A stretch of 64,000 nucleotides of DNA, taken from assembly GCA_038816475.1 (NCBI GenBank), contig JAWBAI010000001.1:128001-192000 (forward strand). The letters are read 5' to 3'. The first letter of the stretch is position 1; each line of letters starts with the position of its first letter. Below, piece after piece: positions 27,245 to 36,832 of the stretch. Made by a program: the position numbers and the translations under genes. The notes under the pieces are model-generated. The model was not told the origin of the DNA and did not search any database. It saw only the letters and a list, made by a program, of their open reading frames with translations. Source of the DNA: Desulfurococcaceae archaeon (GTDB lineage: Archaea; Thermoproteota; Thermoprotei_A; Sulfolobales; Desulfurococcaceae).

Positions 27245-28594
27245 CTATGCCAACTTGACGACAACATCGTATTTTACTTGTCCATCAAAACCAGCTTTCT
27301 CCTTACCAAACCTCTCAATGGGTTTCATTAAATGTTTAAAAGCCGAATAGGGTGGTTGATACCAACCAGGCTTTAGATCACGTGGTAGTGTCACAGAGAC
27401 CTTTGACGCAGAAGCATCCTTGTACTTGCACTTACGACAACGGTAACCTTTATTCTTACCCATGCTCTCCATGCGAGAACCACAGAGAGGACACCTAGGG
27501 TTTTCGAAAACAACGACTTCGGTCAATTCAATAACCCTGAGTTTTTCGAGGTTTAGTGTTATTCCATGGGTCGGACCTGGTGGTCTTATGCATCCATAGA
27601 CTTCGACGAGATCTCCAGGATAAAGTTTCTCGGCTATGTTCCTGAAACCCTTCGTTGGTTCATAAACAGCAACAGTTATGCAGCAATTCTCGTCGCAGAG
27701 TTCGAAGAAGACATGTCCTCCAGTACTTCTTCGGGGTTTACTCTTTACTCTTCCTACGACCTTGACGCAGGTATAGGGTCTTACACGGCATATGGTGTTA
27801 ACAGGGTGTATATGGCTGTCCGTGTGCTGATTTGTTCTAAAAATAGCGATGTACTCGATGGGCTCATATACTTTAACCAGTTTAAACGCCTCTGCGAGAA
27901 CACCGGGATCTTCTCCTCTCAAGCCGAGTAGAACCGGGTCTGAACCACGCGGAGTTACTAGGATTCGTCCAGTTTGGGGGTCGTAGTTGAGTATCATCAG
28001 GTTACCGTAGAGCTTATCGAGTTCAATAATGCTGTGGGGATCAACAAGCCTCGGTGCCCCCCAGTACTCTCTCTTCCTGTAGGCGATGAGTTCGTAGGTG
28101 TGGTCGATGTTAAGCATTGTGTAGCCTATAGAAGCCAGTGCTCCCACTAGTCCACGCTTTAAACCCTTGGGAGCATAGTACTTGATATTAGTTTTCTCTG
28201 CAACCCGAAACGCGAGATCCAGCGGTACAATGTCGAACAGAGCTTTCTCAGCTAATCTAGACAATTCCTCGTTAACATCTCCTTCCAGTAAAGCTATAAC
28301 CGGCTGGTGCTTTGGATCTTTTAGCTCAGACGTATAATCGTACACCATTTGCTTTGCGATCTCCCATATCTCCGAAACATCATCCTCTGACTCTACCGCG
28401 ACTCTTATCGCAACGGCACCATTACCTCGCGTTTTATAGGGAACAGAAGGGTTTAATCTAACGAGATTCAAGTAGTCCAGGAATTCAACGTTAACCTCCC
28501 GCTTCAGTCTATAGGCTAATATCGTTGAAAAATGAGTTGTACAGCCCCCTTGTATAGAGTCAACGTCGTCTACTCCTATGTGTACTCTGATCAA
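27245..28594 (-). CDS. tiaS: tRNA(Ile2) agmatinylcytidine synthase
   Basis: GVDDVDS..GGCTT, RLNPSVPYKTRGNGA, TNQHTD, OB fold, CPLC...CRKC. Confidence 0.95.
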   Translation of the reverse strand: MIRVHIGVDDVDSIQGGCTTHFSTILAYRLKREVNVEFLDYLNLVRLNPSVPYKTRGNGAVAIRVAVESEDDVSEIWEIAKQMVYDYTSELKDPKHQPVIALLEGDVNEELSRLAEKALFDIVPLDLAFRVAEKTNIKYYAPKGLKRGLVGALASIGYTMLNIDHTYELIAYRKREYWGAPRLVDPHSIIELDKLYGNLMILNYDPQTGRILVTPRGSDPVLLGLRGEDPGVLAEAFKLVKVYEPIEYIAIFRTNQHTDSHIHPVNTICRVRPYTCVKVVGRVKSKPRRSTGGHVFFELCDENCCITVAVYEPTKGFRNIAEKLYPGDLVEVYGCIRPPGPTHGITLNLEKLRVIELTEVVVFENPRCPLCGSRMESMGKNKGYRCRKCKYKDASASKVSVTLPRDLKPGWYQPPYSAFKHLMKPIERFGKEKAGFDGQVKYDVVVKLA

Positions 28595-29562
28595 AAGCTA
28601 GACCCCAAATAACAGAGTGCACCTGTAACTATCAATGGAAGAACTATTGTTGCATCACCGTAAACAACAACACTTTTTCCAGAGGCTTTCACTTTACCCC
28701 AGCTAATGGCTTCTCGTGGATGCGCGCCACTAAGGCTTCCATCGTACTCTACAGCCGTTGTTACATAAACAGCATAGTCTAACCCCTCTTTGAGCTGAGC
28801 CCACCAGATCGTGTGATGTTTACTGATACCTCCACCGATTATGAGAGCCCCCAGTTTCTTTGACGATACTACAAGCTCGATGATCTTTTTTTCATCGGTG
28901 ATTAAGTCGAGTTCTACTCCAAGTGTGCTATGATTGAACACTACTTGTGAACCGAAGGCTCCATCGTAGATACCGGGAACGAACACGGGTGTAGAAGTTT
29001 CATACGCTGAGCGAAGAATACTGTTCTCGTCATTAAGCCTTTTTCCTACCTCGTGCAAGATCTCACTAACACTCCACTTTTTCTTAATCTTTGCTAGCTC
29101 TTCCAGTAGACCACGCGTGAATTTCTCAATAGCTACCCCGTAGTTTTCAACAGGAATGAGCACGTTTCCGAGTCTATGAATCCCAAGGCTGTATAGCATA
29201 GCATCGTCATACATCCATTCACCCTTAAAGTACTTGTGCTTAGTGCTTCTAGCAATGTCGTGGTCTATGGTACCACATGTTGTAACTATTGCGTGAAACC
29301 ACCTGCTTTTAACAATCTGAGCGAGAACACCTCGAAGCCCCGTGGACACAATATTCCCTGTAAATGACAGAATTCTTGTTGTATCAGGATCCTTGAGCAT
29401 CTCAGCTAGAACAACAGAGGCTTTATACACATGTCCAGCCATGAATCCATGAGCTTTGCCGAAAGATTCTATCAGCTCGCAAACACTCATATCTGCGCGG
29501 ACTCTGTAGTCCACAACTTCTTCCATGAGAACTCTATGTTTAACTTCCTCGATGAACTCCAT
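28591..29562 (-). CDS. dys: Deoxyhypusine synthase
   Basis: FTGNIVSTGLR, HRLGNV, GGGISKHH, YDGSLSGA, EAISWGK, GDAT. Confidence 0.95.
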   Translation of the reverse strand: MEFIEEVKHRVLMEEVVDYRVRADMSVCELIESFGKAHGFMAGHVYKASVVLAEMLKDPDTTRILSFTGNIVSTGLRGVLAQIVKSRWFHAIVTTCGTIDHDIARSTKHKYFKGEWMYDDAMLYSLGIHRLGNVLIPVENYGVAIEKFTRGLLEELAKIKKKWSVSEILHEVGKRLNDENSILRSAYETSTPVFVPGIYDGAFGSQVVFNHSTLGVELDLITDEKKIIELVVSSKKLGALIIGGGISKHHTIWWAQLKEGLDYAVYVTTAVEYDGSLSGAHPREAISWGKVKASGKSVVVYGDATIVLPLIVTGALCYLGSSF

Positions 29563-29656
29563 TCTCCGAGCTACACCCCTATGCCCATGATTTTAACATA
29601 GAGAACTATTATTTAGTAAGCTTATTCAACAAATGCTAATTGGATAGGGACTTAAA

Positions 29657-30325
29657 TTGACTCTTGAGACAAAAGTACTGTATACAATGCTAAAACACAG
29701 AAAGCTTTTAATCGAAGAAATATCCATGTTAACTAATGCTTCAATCGAAGTTGTCGAGAATATCATAGATAGGTACAGAGCGTATTTCAAAACTCTCAGA
29801 GAAGAGATTGTACTAGTTAAACCTGTTGAACTAGCACTTGTACTTATAAGCAGAGGTATCGAACCAGCAAAAGTCTGTGAAACTCTGAACTGGAGGGACT
29901 TCGAGGAGATTTCTCTACGCATCCTCTTGGAATCAGGATATGAAGCTGTGCACAGGTTGATGCTTACAAGCCCCGTAAGATTAGAAATTGACGTATTTGG
30001 TGTTGAGCCGGTTAGCGGCATAGGAGTAGCTATAGATTGTAAGCATTGGTCTGCGAACTCCGAGGCTAAGCTCGTGGAGGCTGCAAGTAAGCACATTGAG
30101 CGCATGAACAAGCTACTGAGATACTATACATGGTTAAAAGCAAGGTACAGAGAGCTAGCTAAGGCTAAGTACGTTCTACCAGCTTTAGTGACGCTGTTCA
30201 AACCTCCACTAAGAGTATATGGCAACGTTCTAGTGCTAGGCATTGAGGAAATGCCACAGATCCTCAGAGATATACGTGTTGTAATAGACGCCTTTAGCTT
30301 AGAGCTGATCAAACTACCCACGTAG
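29657..30325 (+). CDS. PD-(D/E)XK nuclease (Mrr-like restriction endonuclease domain)
   Basis: LNWRDFEE..., EIDVFG...IDCKHW. Confidence 0.75.
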   Translation: MTLETKVLYTMLKHRKLLIEEISMLTNASIEVVENIIDRYRAYFKTLREEIVLVKPVELALVLISRGIEPAKVCETLNWRDFEEISLRILLESGYEAVHRLMLTSPVRLEIDVFGVEPVSGIGVAIDCKHWSANSEAKLVEAASKHIERMNKLLRYYTWLKARYRELAKAKYVLPALVTLFKPPLRVYGNVLVLGIEEMPQILRDIRVVIDAFSLELIKLPT

Positions 30326-30379
30326 AAGCATCCGGAGTTTTAAAATACAGCCAAGGATTCTATATTAGGGGTGTTAGCA

Positions 30380-31123
30380 GTGACACGCGTTGTACTCCCT
30401 GAGGCAAAGCTTTTCAAGGAAATAGTGGAAGCTATAGGGAACATAGCCGAGGAAGTAGCATTAAACCTTACACCTGAAGGTTTAAAGCTCAGCGCGTTCG
30501 ATGTGGATCAGTCTTCATTGTTCATGGTGAATTTTCCACCAGAGATGTTCATTGAGTACGATGTCGGGGAACCAGTTAAAATAGGAGTTTCGGTAAGCAA
30601 CCTGAAGAAAATACTTAAGCATATTAAGAAAGGTGAAAACCTGGTTATAGAGCCGGAAGGTGACTATGTAAAATTCACCATTGGCGCTGGAGCAGTAGCT
30701 ACAAGCATGTACAGGTTTAGAAACCTGGATGTACCAGTTCAAGAGATCTCGGAGCTAGAGTTAAACTTCACGGTAACAGCTAAACTAATGGCGCAGGCAT
30801 TGAAGAGAGTCATAGAGGATATAGAAGCAACCGGTGGAAACACTGAGTTCAGCGCTGATGAGAACGCTCTTGTAATAAGAGCCGTGGGTGCAGGAAGACT
30901 TGAAGCAAAGTTCACCAAGGGCTCTCTCGCGCTAATATCCTTTGAGCTGCAGGAACAGGCTAAAGCTACATACGACACAGCAAAGCTAGTCAACATTCTA
31001 GCCGTAGCTAAGGTCTCAGACACCGTTACAATACAGTTTGCAAACAAAATGCCACTTAAAGCGGAGTTTGTCGTAGGACCTGGCAAAATAGTGTACTTGC
31101 TCGCACCATTCGAAGTATCCTAG
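30380..31123 (+). CDS. pcn: DNA polymerase sliding clamp (PCNA)
   Basis: AKLFKEIVEAI, EGLKLSAFD, LKKILK, MPLKAEF, YLLAP; about 250 aa. Confidence 0.92.
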   Translation: MTRVVLPEAKLFKEIVEAIGNIAEEVALNLTPEGLKLSAFDVDQSSLFMVNFPPEMFIEYDVGEPVKIGVSVSNLKKILKHIKKGENLVIEPEGDYVKFTIGAGAVATSMYRFRNLDVPVQEISELELNFTVTAKLMAQALKRVIEDIEATGGNTEFSADENALVIRAVGAGRLEAKFTKGSLALISFELQEQAKATYDTAKLVNILAVAKVSDTVTIQFANKMPLKAEFVVGPGKIVYLLAPFEVS

Positions 31124-31148
31124 GATAAAGCACCTAACCTGGATAGGG

Positions 31149-31799
31149 GTGAACAAGACCATAGGTTCTTTGATAGTTGAAAAAGTATTGAATACACTGA
31201 GTGAAGTCTACAGAAAGCACAAAAGCTGTAAATACGCTGTTCTAAACGATGTATCGGTAGTACTCTACGGGCTAGTAAAACCGATCGAAGAGGTTAGAAT
31301 TGTTTCAAAGAGAGATTGCGCTGAGGAACTACTATACACGCTGCTAAAAGCATTCAATGTCGAGGAAAACTATGCTGAAGCTGTCAAAAACCTCAGAGAT
31401 CATGGTGTAGTTGCTGTATCAACAATATTCTACCCATTGGTCGTGGTTGAAACCGCTAGATCAAGCATAGATGAGCTACTAGTAGAAAACACCATTGATG
31501 TAGAACTGGATAACTACTTTTTGAGAATACCTAAACTACAGCACCTAATAGCGAAGCTTATTCACATTGGAGTTTACCCATATACCGAGTACGCTTACGC
31601 TCTATTAGTTCAGTGGTTAAAGCGAATCGACACGGACGAGCTCATTTCCCTCTTCGTGAAGTCTGAAATAGACCTTGAGAAAGTAGTGAGTAAGCTCAGA
31701 ACCATACTGGAACTCTTCACGGGATTTCCAGATCTTACGGAGGAGTTTAAACTTGGAATGAGCTTGATAGATAAGCTTCAAAGAAAACAAACCCAATAA
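31149..31799 (+). CDS. Hypothetical protein, possibly a degenerate nucleotidyltransferase fold
   Basis: YAVLNDVSVVLYG..KPIEEVRIV and LRIPKLQHLIAK resemble nucleotidyltransferase-like families without catalytic residues. Confidence 0.55.
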   Translation: MNKTIGSLIVEKVLNTLSEVYRKHKSCKYAVLNDVSVVLYGLVKPIEEVRIVSKRDCAEELLYTLLKAFNVEENYAEAVKNLRDHGVVAVSTIFYPLVVVETARSSIDELLVENTIDVELDNYFLRIPKLQHLIAKLIHIGVYPYTEYAYALLVQWLKRIDTDELISLFVKSEIDLEKVVSKLRTILELFTGFPDLTEEFKLGMSLIDKLQRKQTQ

Positions 31800-32073
31800 C
31801 TGTTTCAATCGAAGTCTTGAAGACCTTGAGGCACGGAGATCCAAGACAGAGTTTACAGCCGACACTAGGCATTCTTAAAGTGATGCTTACTGAATACAGC
31901 ACTATAACTTTGTTCTTCTTTAAGGCGCATACGTCACCGGACTTTTTCCATCCTAGGATATTCTGCTGGAAGATTTTACTTAATAGAACCGTTGCAAAAT
32001 TTTTATAACACTTTATTGTTTGTGTTTCCATTATGGTAAATCATCGTTTAGATGGTAAGGTGTGCAGTAGGCT

Positions 32074-33258
32074 ATGAGTGAAAGCATATTCGCAAAATTG
32101 CAGCCAATGTCACCCGGACAAGAGGAGATGATCAAGGTACTCGCTGATAGAAAGTACGAGATAGTTGGATTGTTTGGACCTACTGGTAGCGGGAAAAGCT
32201 TGTTCAGCATAGCCTATGGAATAGACTCCGTTCTTTCTGGAAGGTACAGAAGGTTCGTTATCACAAGACCTCTAATTGACGTTGTATCTGGAAAAGAGCT
32301 AACAGCAGCAGATATGGGTGAAATGTACTACAGAGTAGTACAGTCTTACGTTGAGGATGTGATATCAGGGCTTTTAGATTGGAGCAAAGTTCAGGAGATC
32401 ATCTCCAAGGGTCAAGTAGTGTTTGCAGATACGCATTACCTCAAAGGTAGAACATTCGATGATTCCATTATACTACTAGATGATGCACAAAATATTCCCG
32501 TTGAAACAGCTATTGAGGTTATAACGAGAGTAGGTAAGAACAGTAGATTGATAATAGCAGGTGACCCGGTATTCCAGAGGAGCATTGGAAGCAGAGACGC
32601 GGCATCACTACTAAGAGAACTGCTGATGGGAGAAGAAAAAGCGAGAATAGTAGACCTTGGGTTAAAGGACATTATTAGACCAGGAGCTAGAATGGGTATT
32701 AAGCTGTTACTAGAGTCTAAAATGAGAGGCAGAACAATGAACGAAGTGGAGAAGCAGGTCATGTCATCTGCCAATGTTCACGCACCAGACGCTGACCTGA
32801 TAACAGTTGTAGATCTCATAGGATTAAAGAAGAAGTTCAACATAACAAGTGAGCATACTCCAGACGCTTTAATAGTTGTAAAGGAGGGCTTCCAGGGAAG
32901 ATTGATTGGCAAGGGAGGAGAGAGAATAAACGCCATCGAAAAGGATACAGAACTTAAGCTTAGAGCTGTAGAATTGACACTAGATTTCAAGCCGTTCATA
33001 AGAGCTGTTCACCCGGTTAGCTGGATCTACAAGCACATTGTAGACGTAGACTTCGCCGGGCCATACCTAGCAGTAAAAGTAGAGAGTAATGCCTACGGTG
33101 CATTTGTTGGTCAAAAGGGTGTTCACGTAAGGTTCCTTGACGCGTTCTTCACAAGCTTAATGGACATTGGAGTTAAATGCTACGAAGTTGAAGCGGTAGA
33201 AGAAAAATCCAGGAAGAAGGCAAAAGAACGTAAACGAGAAGAAAGAAGTAGAACATGA
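32074..33258 (+). CDS. PhoH-family ATPase with C-terminal KH domains
   Basis: GPTGSGKS, ITRP, LKGRTF, LDDAQN, IAGD; KH GxxG motifs IGKGG and VGQKG. Confidence 0.9.
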   Translation: MSESIFAKLQPMSPGQEEMIKVLADRKYEIVGLFGPTGSGKSLFSIAYGIDSVLSGRYRRFVITRPLIDVVSGKELTAADMGEMYYRVVQSYVEDVISGLLDWSKVQEIISKGQVVFADTHYLKGRTFDDSIILLDDAQNIPVETAIEVITRVGKNSRLIIAGDPVFQRSIGSRDAASLLRELLMGEEKARIVDLGLKDIIRPGARMGIKLLLESKMRGRTMNEVEKQVMSSANVHAPDADLITVVDLIGLKKKFNITSEHTPDALIVVKEGFQGRLIGKGGERINAIEKDTELKLRAVELTLDFKPFIRAVHPVSWIYKHIVDVDFAGPYLAVKVESNAYGAFVGQKGVHVRFLDAFFTSLMDIGVKCYEVEAVEEKSRKKAKERKREERSRT

Positions 33259-33260
33259 TT

Positions 33261-34121
33261 TTAACTCACATGAACATCTACAACGACTTGGTGCATTCGC
33301 GGACCCACATTTCTGATCTTTCTTACGTTTAAAATCCTGTAGTTTCTTACACCTACTTCGTGGAGTTTTGCATCAACAATACTTAAGGCTTTATGTTTCC
33401 AGTGTTCACCTCTCTCTGTTTTAACGTGTAGGTACACGTGAATGTAACCTCTTCTACCTTGAAGAGCCTCTAGGGCGTACGCTAGGTACTCAAGTGCAAG
33501 CTCTGGATATGGCATAAGTACGCGGTTGGCAACGTTCCTTAGCTTGGTCATGATGACATCTTTTGCATCCCCTAGCAGAGCTTCAACGACGTGTTCGACT
33601 TTGTTCAGCTTGATGTTTTCAACCATGTAGTAGTAAGCGTCAGGGTTGATGTCTATGCTGTAGACTTTCAAGGGGTTTGAGTACTTCGCTATTATTATGC
33701 TGAAAAGCCCAGCTCCTGCGAACATGTTGACAACAACTTCGCCGGGTTCAACGAGCTTTGCGATCCTTATGTGCTCGTAGTTTAAGCTCGGTGATATGTA
33801 TACCTTGTTAATGTCAACCTTGAAGAGGCACCCGTGTTCCTTGTACACGGTTTCGCTTCTCTGCTCGCCGGCAAGCCATATGTATTTTCTAAGTCTGTAA
33901 GCTCCTTCTATGCCAGGTATAGCTGCCCACACGCTTTTCACGTAAGGGAACCTCTTGATGATCTCCTCGGCAAGAGGTTTGAGTAGTAGCGGCTCCAAGC
34001 CGAGAGGGGTTCTAATGAGAGCTATATCACCTATGAACTCCAGTCTTTTCCATAACCTGGAAGCGATCTCTTCACCAAGAACTTCTTTAGCTATTTTCCT
34101 CAGTAGCTCTCCACGAGTCAC
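33261..34121 (-). CDS. Trm5/TYW2 (Met-10+) family tRNA SAM-dependent transferase
   Basis: EFIGDIA, YKEHGCLFKVD, NMFAGAG, IDINPDAY, RVLMPYP. Confidence 0.88.
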   Translation of the reverse strand: MTRGELLRKIAKEVLGEEIASRLWKRLEFIGDIALIRTPLGLEPLLLKPLAEEIIKRFPYVKSVWAAIPGIEGAYRLRKYIWLAGEQRSETVYKEHGCLFKVDINKVYISPSLNYEHIRIAKLVEPGEVVVNMFAGAGLFSIIIAKYSNPLKVYSIDINPDAYYYMVENIKLNKVEHVVEALLGDAKDVIMTKLRNVANRVLMPYPELALEYLAYALEALQGRRGYIHVYLHVKTERGEHWKHKALSIVDAKLHEVGVRNYRILNVRKIRNVGPRMHQVVVDVHVS

Positions 34122-34795
34122 TTTGCATCTTCCGCAGGGTATCTACAGTATTTCCTTATTGCACACCCAGAGCATAGCGGTGATCTCGAGCGGCAGATTT
34201 TTCTACCGTGAGTTATGAGAAGAAGATGTAGCGGAAGATAATACCTGGGTGATGTGTTTTTCATCCAGAAGCTTCTTACAAGCTCGTAGTTCTTCTTGTT
34301 CACGAAGCCCAGTCTAAGCGTTATCCTCATAATGTGCGTATCAACGGGGAACGTGGGTACACCGTATCGCATCAGCAGTACTACATCAGCTGTTTTGGCT
34401 CCAACTCCGGGAAGGTCGATTAGAAGTTTTCGAGCTTCATCATATCTTCCGCTTTTAACGTAGTTTGTTAACGCATTCTCTAAGTTTCCTTCCACAAAGA
34501 TCTTTGCAAGCTCGATCAGCTTGAGAGATCTCTGCTTATGCATTCCAGCTACTCTTATACTCGATGAAAGTTCGTCTACACCCATTTCAATGACAGCTTG
34601 AGGAGTAATAACTTGAAGTTTCTTCTTAAGGTTTGCGTAGGCTCTCCAAGCGTTCTTGTCACTAGTATTCTGGCTGAGCACTACGGCAACGATGAACTCG
34701 AAAAGCGGAACACTGCTAAGTTTAGGAGCAACAAAGTCGTCGATATTAATCTTGTGGATTCTTGAGAGATTCTCGTATATTTCATCCCCGATCAT
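34118..34795 (-). CDS. nth: Endonuclease III
   Basis: VLSQNTSD, HhH LPGVGAKTA, VDTH, C-x6-C-x2-C-x5-C 4Fe-4S motif; start uncertain. Confidence 0.92.
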   Translation of the reverse strand: MIGDEIYENLSRIHKINIDDFVAPKLSSVPLFEFIVAVVLSQNTSDKNAWRAYANLKKKLQVITPQAVIEMGVDELSSSIRVAGMHKQRSLKLIELAKIFVEGNLENALTNYVKSGRYDEARKLLIDLPGVGAKTADVVLLMRYGVPTFPVDTHIMRITLRLGFVNKKNYELVRSFWMKNTSPRYYLPLHLLLITHGRKICRSRSPLCSGCAIRKYCRYPAEDAK

Positions 34796-34877
34796 ACTGT
34801 TCGCCTTTGAATACCTTGCATGCTTTTTACACGATGAACACACGTTCGATCAGGACTCTTAACTCTCTATCTTCTAT

Positions 34878-36176
34878 CTACGGGTATATTCTCTCTCTGT
34901 ACCTTGGAAACGGAATAGCCTCTCTAATATGGTCTAGTCCTGCTATCCACATTACAGCTCTTTCGATACCCAGACCGAAACCACTGTGTGGAATACTACC
35001 GTACTTTCTCAGGTCAAGGTACCACTTGTAGTCCTCGGGGTTTAACCCTTGTTCGAGGATCCTTTGGTGAAGTATCTCGTAGTTGTCTTCTCTTTCACCA
35101 CCACCGATTATTTCTCCGTAACCTTCAGGAGCTAGTAGGTCAAAGCCTAGGACTACATCTGGTCTTGACCTGTCGATCTTCATGTAGAAGCTCTTAATGT
35201 GCTTTGGGAAATGCGTTACGAAGAATGGTGTCTCGAACTCCATTGATAAAACTCTCTCCTCGTCAGCACCCAGGTCATCGCCCCACTTTACGTTAACTCC
35301 TTTCTTCTGGAGCATTTCAATCGCTTCATCGTATTTGACCCTTGGGTAGGGTGTGTTTAAAGCCTTCTTCAGGAGGTTTACATTCCTTCCCAGTTCTTCG
35401 AGATCCCTTCTGCGCTCTTCGAGAACTTTTTCAACAATGTACGCTACTAGCTCCTCGGCGACTTTCATCATGTCCTCAAAGCTGTACCAGGCTGCTTCGG
35501 GTTCAAGGTGCCAGTACTCTGCTAGGTGCCTCCTTGTTCTTGATTTCTCAGCTCGAAAACTAGGAGTTAAACTCCACACCTTCTCTAACACGTAGACTAG
35601 TGCTTCCAGGTACAACTGAGCGCTCTGGCTTAGGTACGCTCTCGAGCCGAAGTAGTCTACGGGAAACAGCGTTGCTCCACCTTCGCACGCTGATGCTGTG
35701 AGTATCGGTGGTGTTACTTCCCACCAGCCATTGTTCGTGAAGTATTCTCTACCGGCTTTTAGAACGGTGTGTTTTATTTTGAAAATCCTAGCGTATTTTG
35801 GGCTTCTAATCCACAAGTGTCTTACATCAAGAAGGTACTCTACTCCTTCACCGCCTTTGATCGGAAAGTCTCTGCTGTACCCGGTTATTACGAAGTAGTC
35901 GGAGTCGAGTTCGTAGCCACCTGGAGCTCTCTCCTCTCTTTTCACAGTTCCACAGGTTACAACGCTCGCCTCCAGTCCTATATCCTTCAGTGCATCTACG
36001 AGTGGTTCGCCAAGCTTAGCAGCATCAACAACTACCTGGATAACACCGGTGGAATCTCGAACTCTTACAAATGCTTTTTTACCAACTACGCTCCTCCTGT
36101 ATATCCATCCGCGTATACAAACCCGCTGATCCACATAAGCATCGTTCATGACTTCTTCAACATGTTTGAACTCCAA
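34878..36176 (-). CDS. asnS: Asparagine--tRNA ligase
   Basis: OB fold, ACEGGATLF, YLSQSAQLYLE, FRAEKSRTRRHLAEYW, PHSGFGLGIER. Confidence 0.95.
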   Translation of the reverse strand: MEFKHVEEVMNDAYVDQRVCIRGWIYRRSVVGKKAFVRVRDSTGVIQVVVDAAKLGEPLVDALKDIGLEASVVTCGTVKREERAPGGYELDSDYFVITGYSRDFPIKGGEGVEYLLDVRHLWIRSPKYARIFKIKHTVLKAGREYFTNNGWWEVTPPILTASACEGGATLFPVDYFGSRAYLSQSAQLYLEALVYVLEKVWSLTPSFRAEKSRTRRHLAEYWHLEPEAAWYSFEDMMKVAEELVAYIVEKVLEERRRDLEELGRNVNLLKKALNTPYPRVKYDEAIEMLQKKGVNVKWGDDLGADEERVLSMEFETPFFVTHFPKHIKSFYMKIDRSRPDVVLGFDLLAPEGYGEIIGGGEREDNYEILHQRILEQGLNPEDYKWYLDLRKYGSIPHSGFGLGIERAVMWIAGLDHIREAIPFPRYRERIYP

Positions 36177-36246
36177 AGTAGCTCAGCCCTCTCTAGTGTA
36201 GTTTAAGCAGTCTAAGGAGTAATATAGAGAGCTACAAGAGGTTTCT

Positions 36247-36789
36247 CTAGGGTAGTCTTCTCGCCATGACATAAGCGTCTTCTCCATCGAGGTAGTAGCC
36301 TTTTTCTATCTTCATTACCCTGTACCCTAGTTTTTCGTACAGCTTTATTGCAGGCACATTGGATACTCTAACCTCGAGGTATGTTTCACCACACTTGTAC
36401 TTATCGTACAGGTTCTTCATAGCATGCGCCATTAAAGCGTACCCCAGTCCTTTCTGTCGGTGTTTTTCGAGTACTGCTATGCTTACTATGTGACCGCTCT
36501 TAACAAGGAATTTTTTGAAGAAACCCGGTTTCATTTCAACTCTGCACATTACGTACCCAACTACCTCTTCCTCTGGTGACTCAGCAACGTAGAAGGCTTC
36601 ACCCCAGTTCTCCAGTAGTTCCACGAAGAAGCTCCTGGGGTAGTGTTCTGGTAGTGAGAGCATGTTGATCTCTATGACCTTGTCTATGTCGTTGCTTGTT
36701 GCACATCTAACTCTGTAGCCGGGAGCTTTGGTAGATAAGCGTCTTCGAGCTTCCTCGAAAATACTCTCGACGCTAGGTTCATACCCCAT
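36247..36789 (-). CDS. N-terminal protein acetyltransferase (Ard1/RimI-like GNAT)
   Basis: LPEHYP, GHIVSIAV, RQKGLG, LEVRVSN, YYLDGEDA. Confidence 0.92.
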   Translation of the reverse strand: MGYEPSVESIFEEARRRLSTKAPGYRVRCATSNDIDKVIEINMLSLPEHYPRSFFVELLENWGEAFYVAESPEEEVVGYVMCRVEMKPGFFKKFLVKSGHIVSIAVLEKHRQKGLGYALMAHAMKNLYDKYKCGETYLEVRVSNVPAIKLYEKLGYRVMKIEKGYYLDGEDAYVMARRLP

Positions 36790-36832
36790 ATTAAGCCCTG
36801 GTTTATAGTAAACCGTGTAAAGGTGTTAATTA

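Noticed and set aside
31747-32031. 94-aa minus-strand ORF with Cys residues, plus the opposing 63-aa ORF
   Set aside because: It spans the probable phoH promoter, overlaps the upstream gene, and has no family resemblance. A small real gene cannot be excluded.
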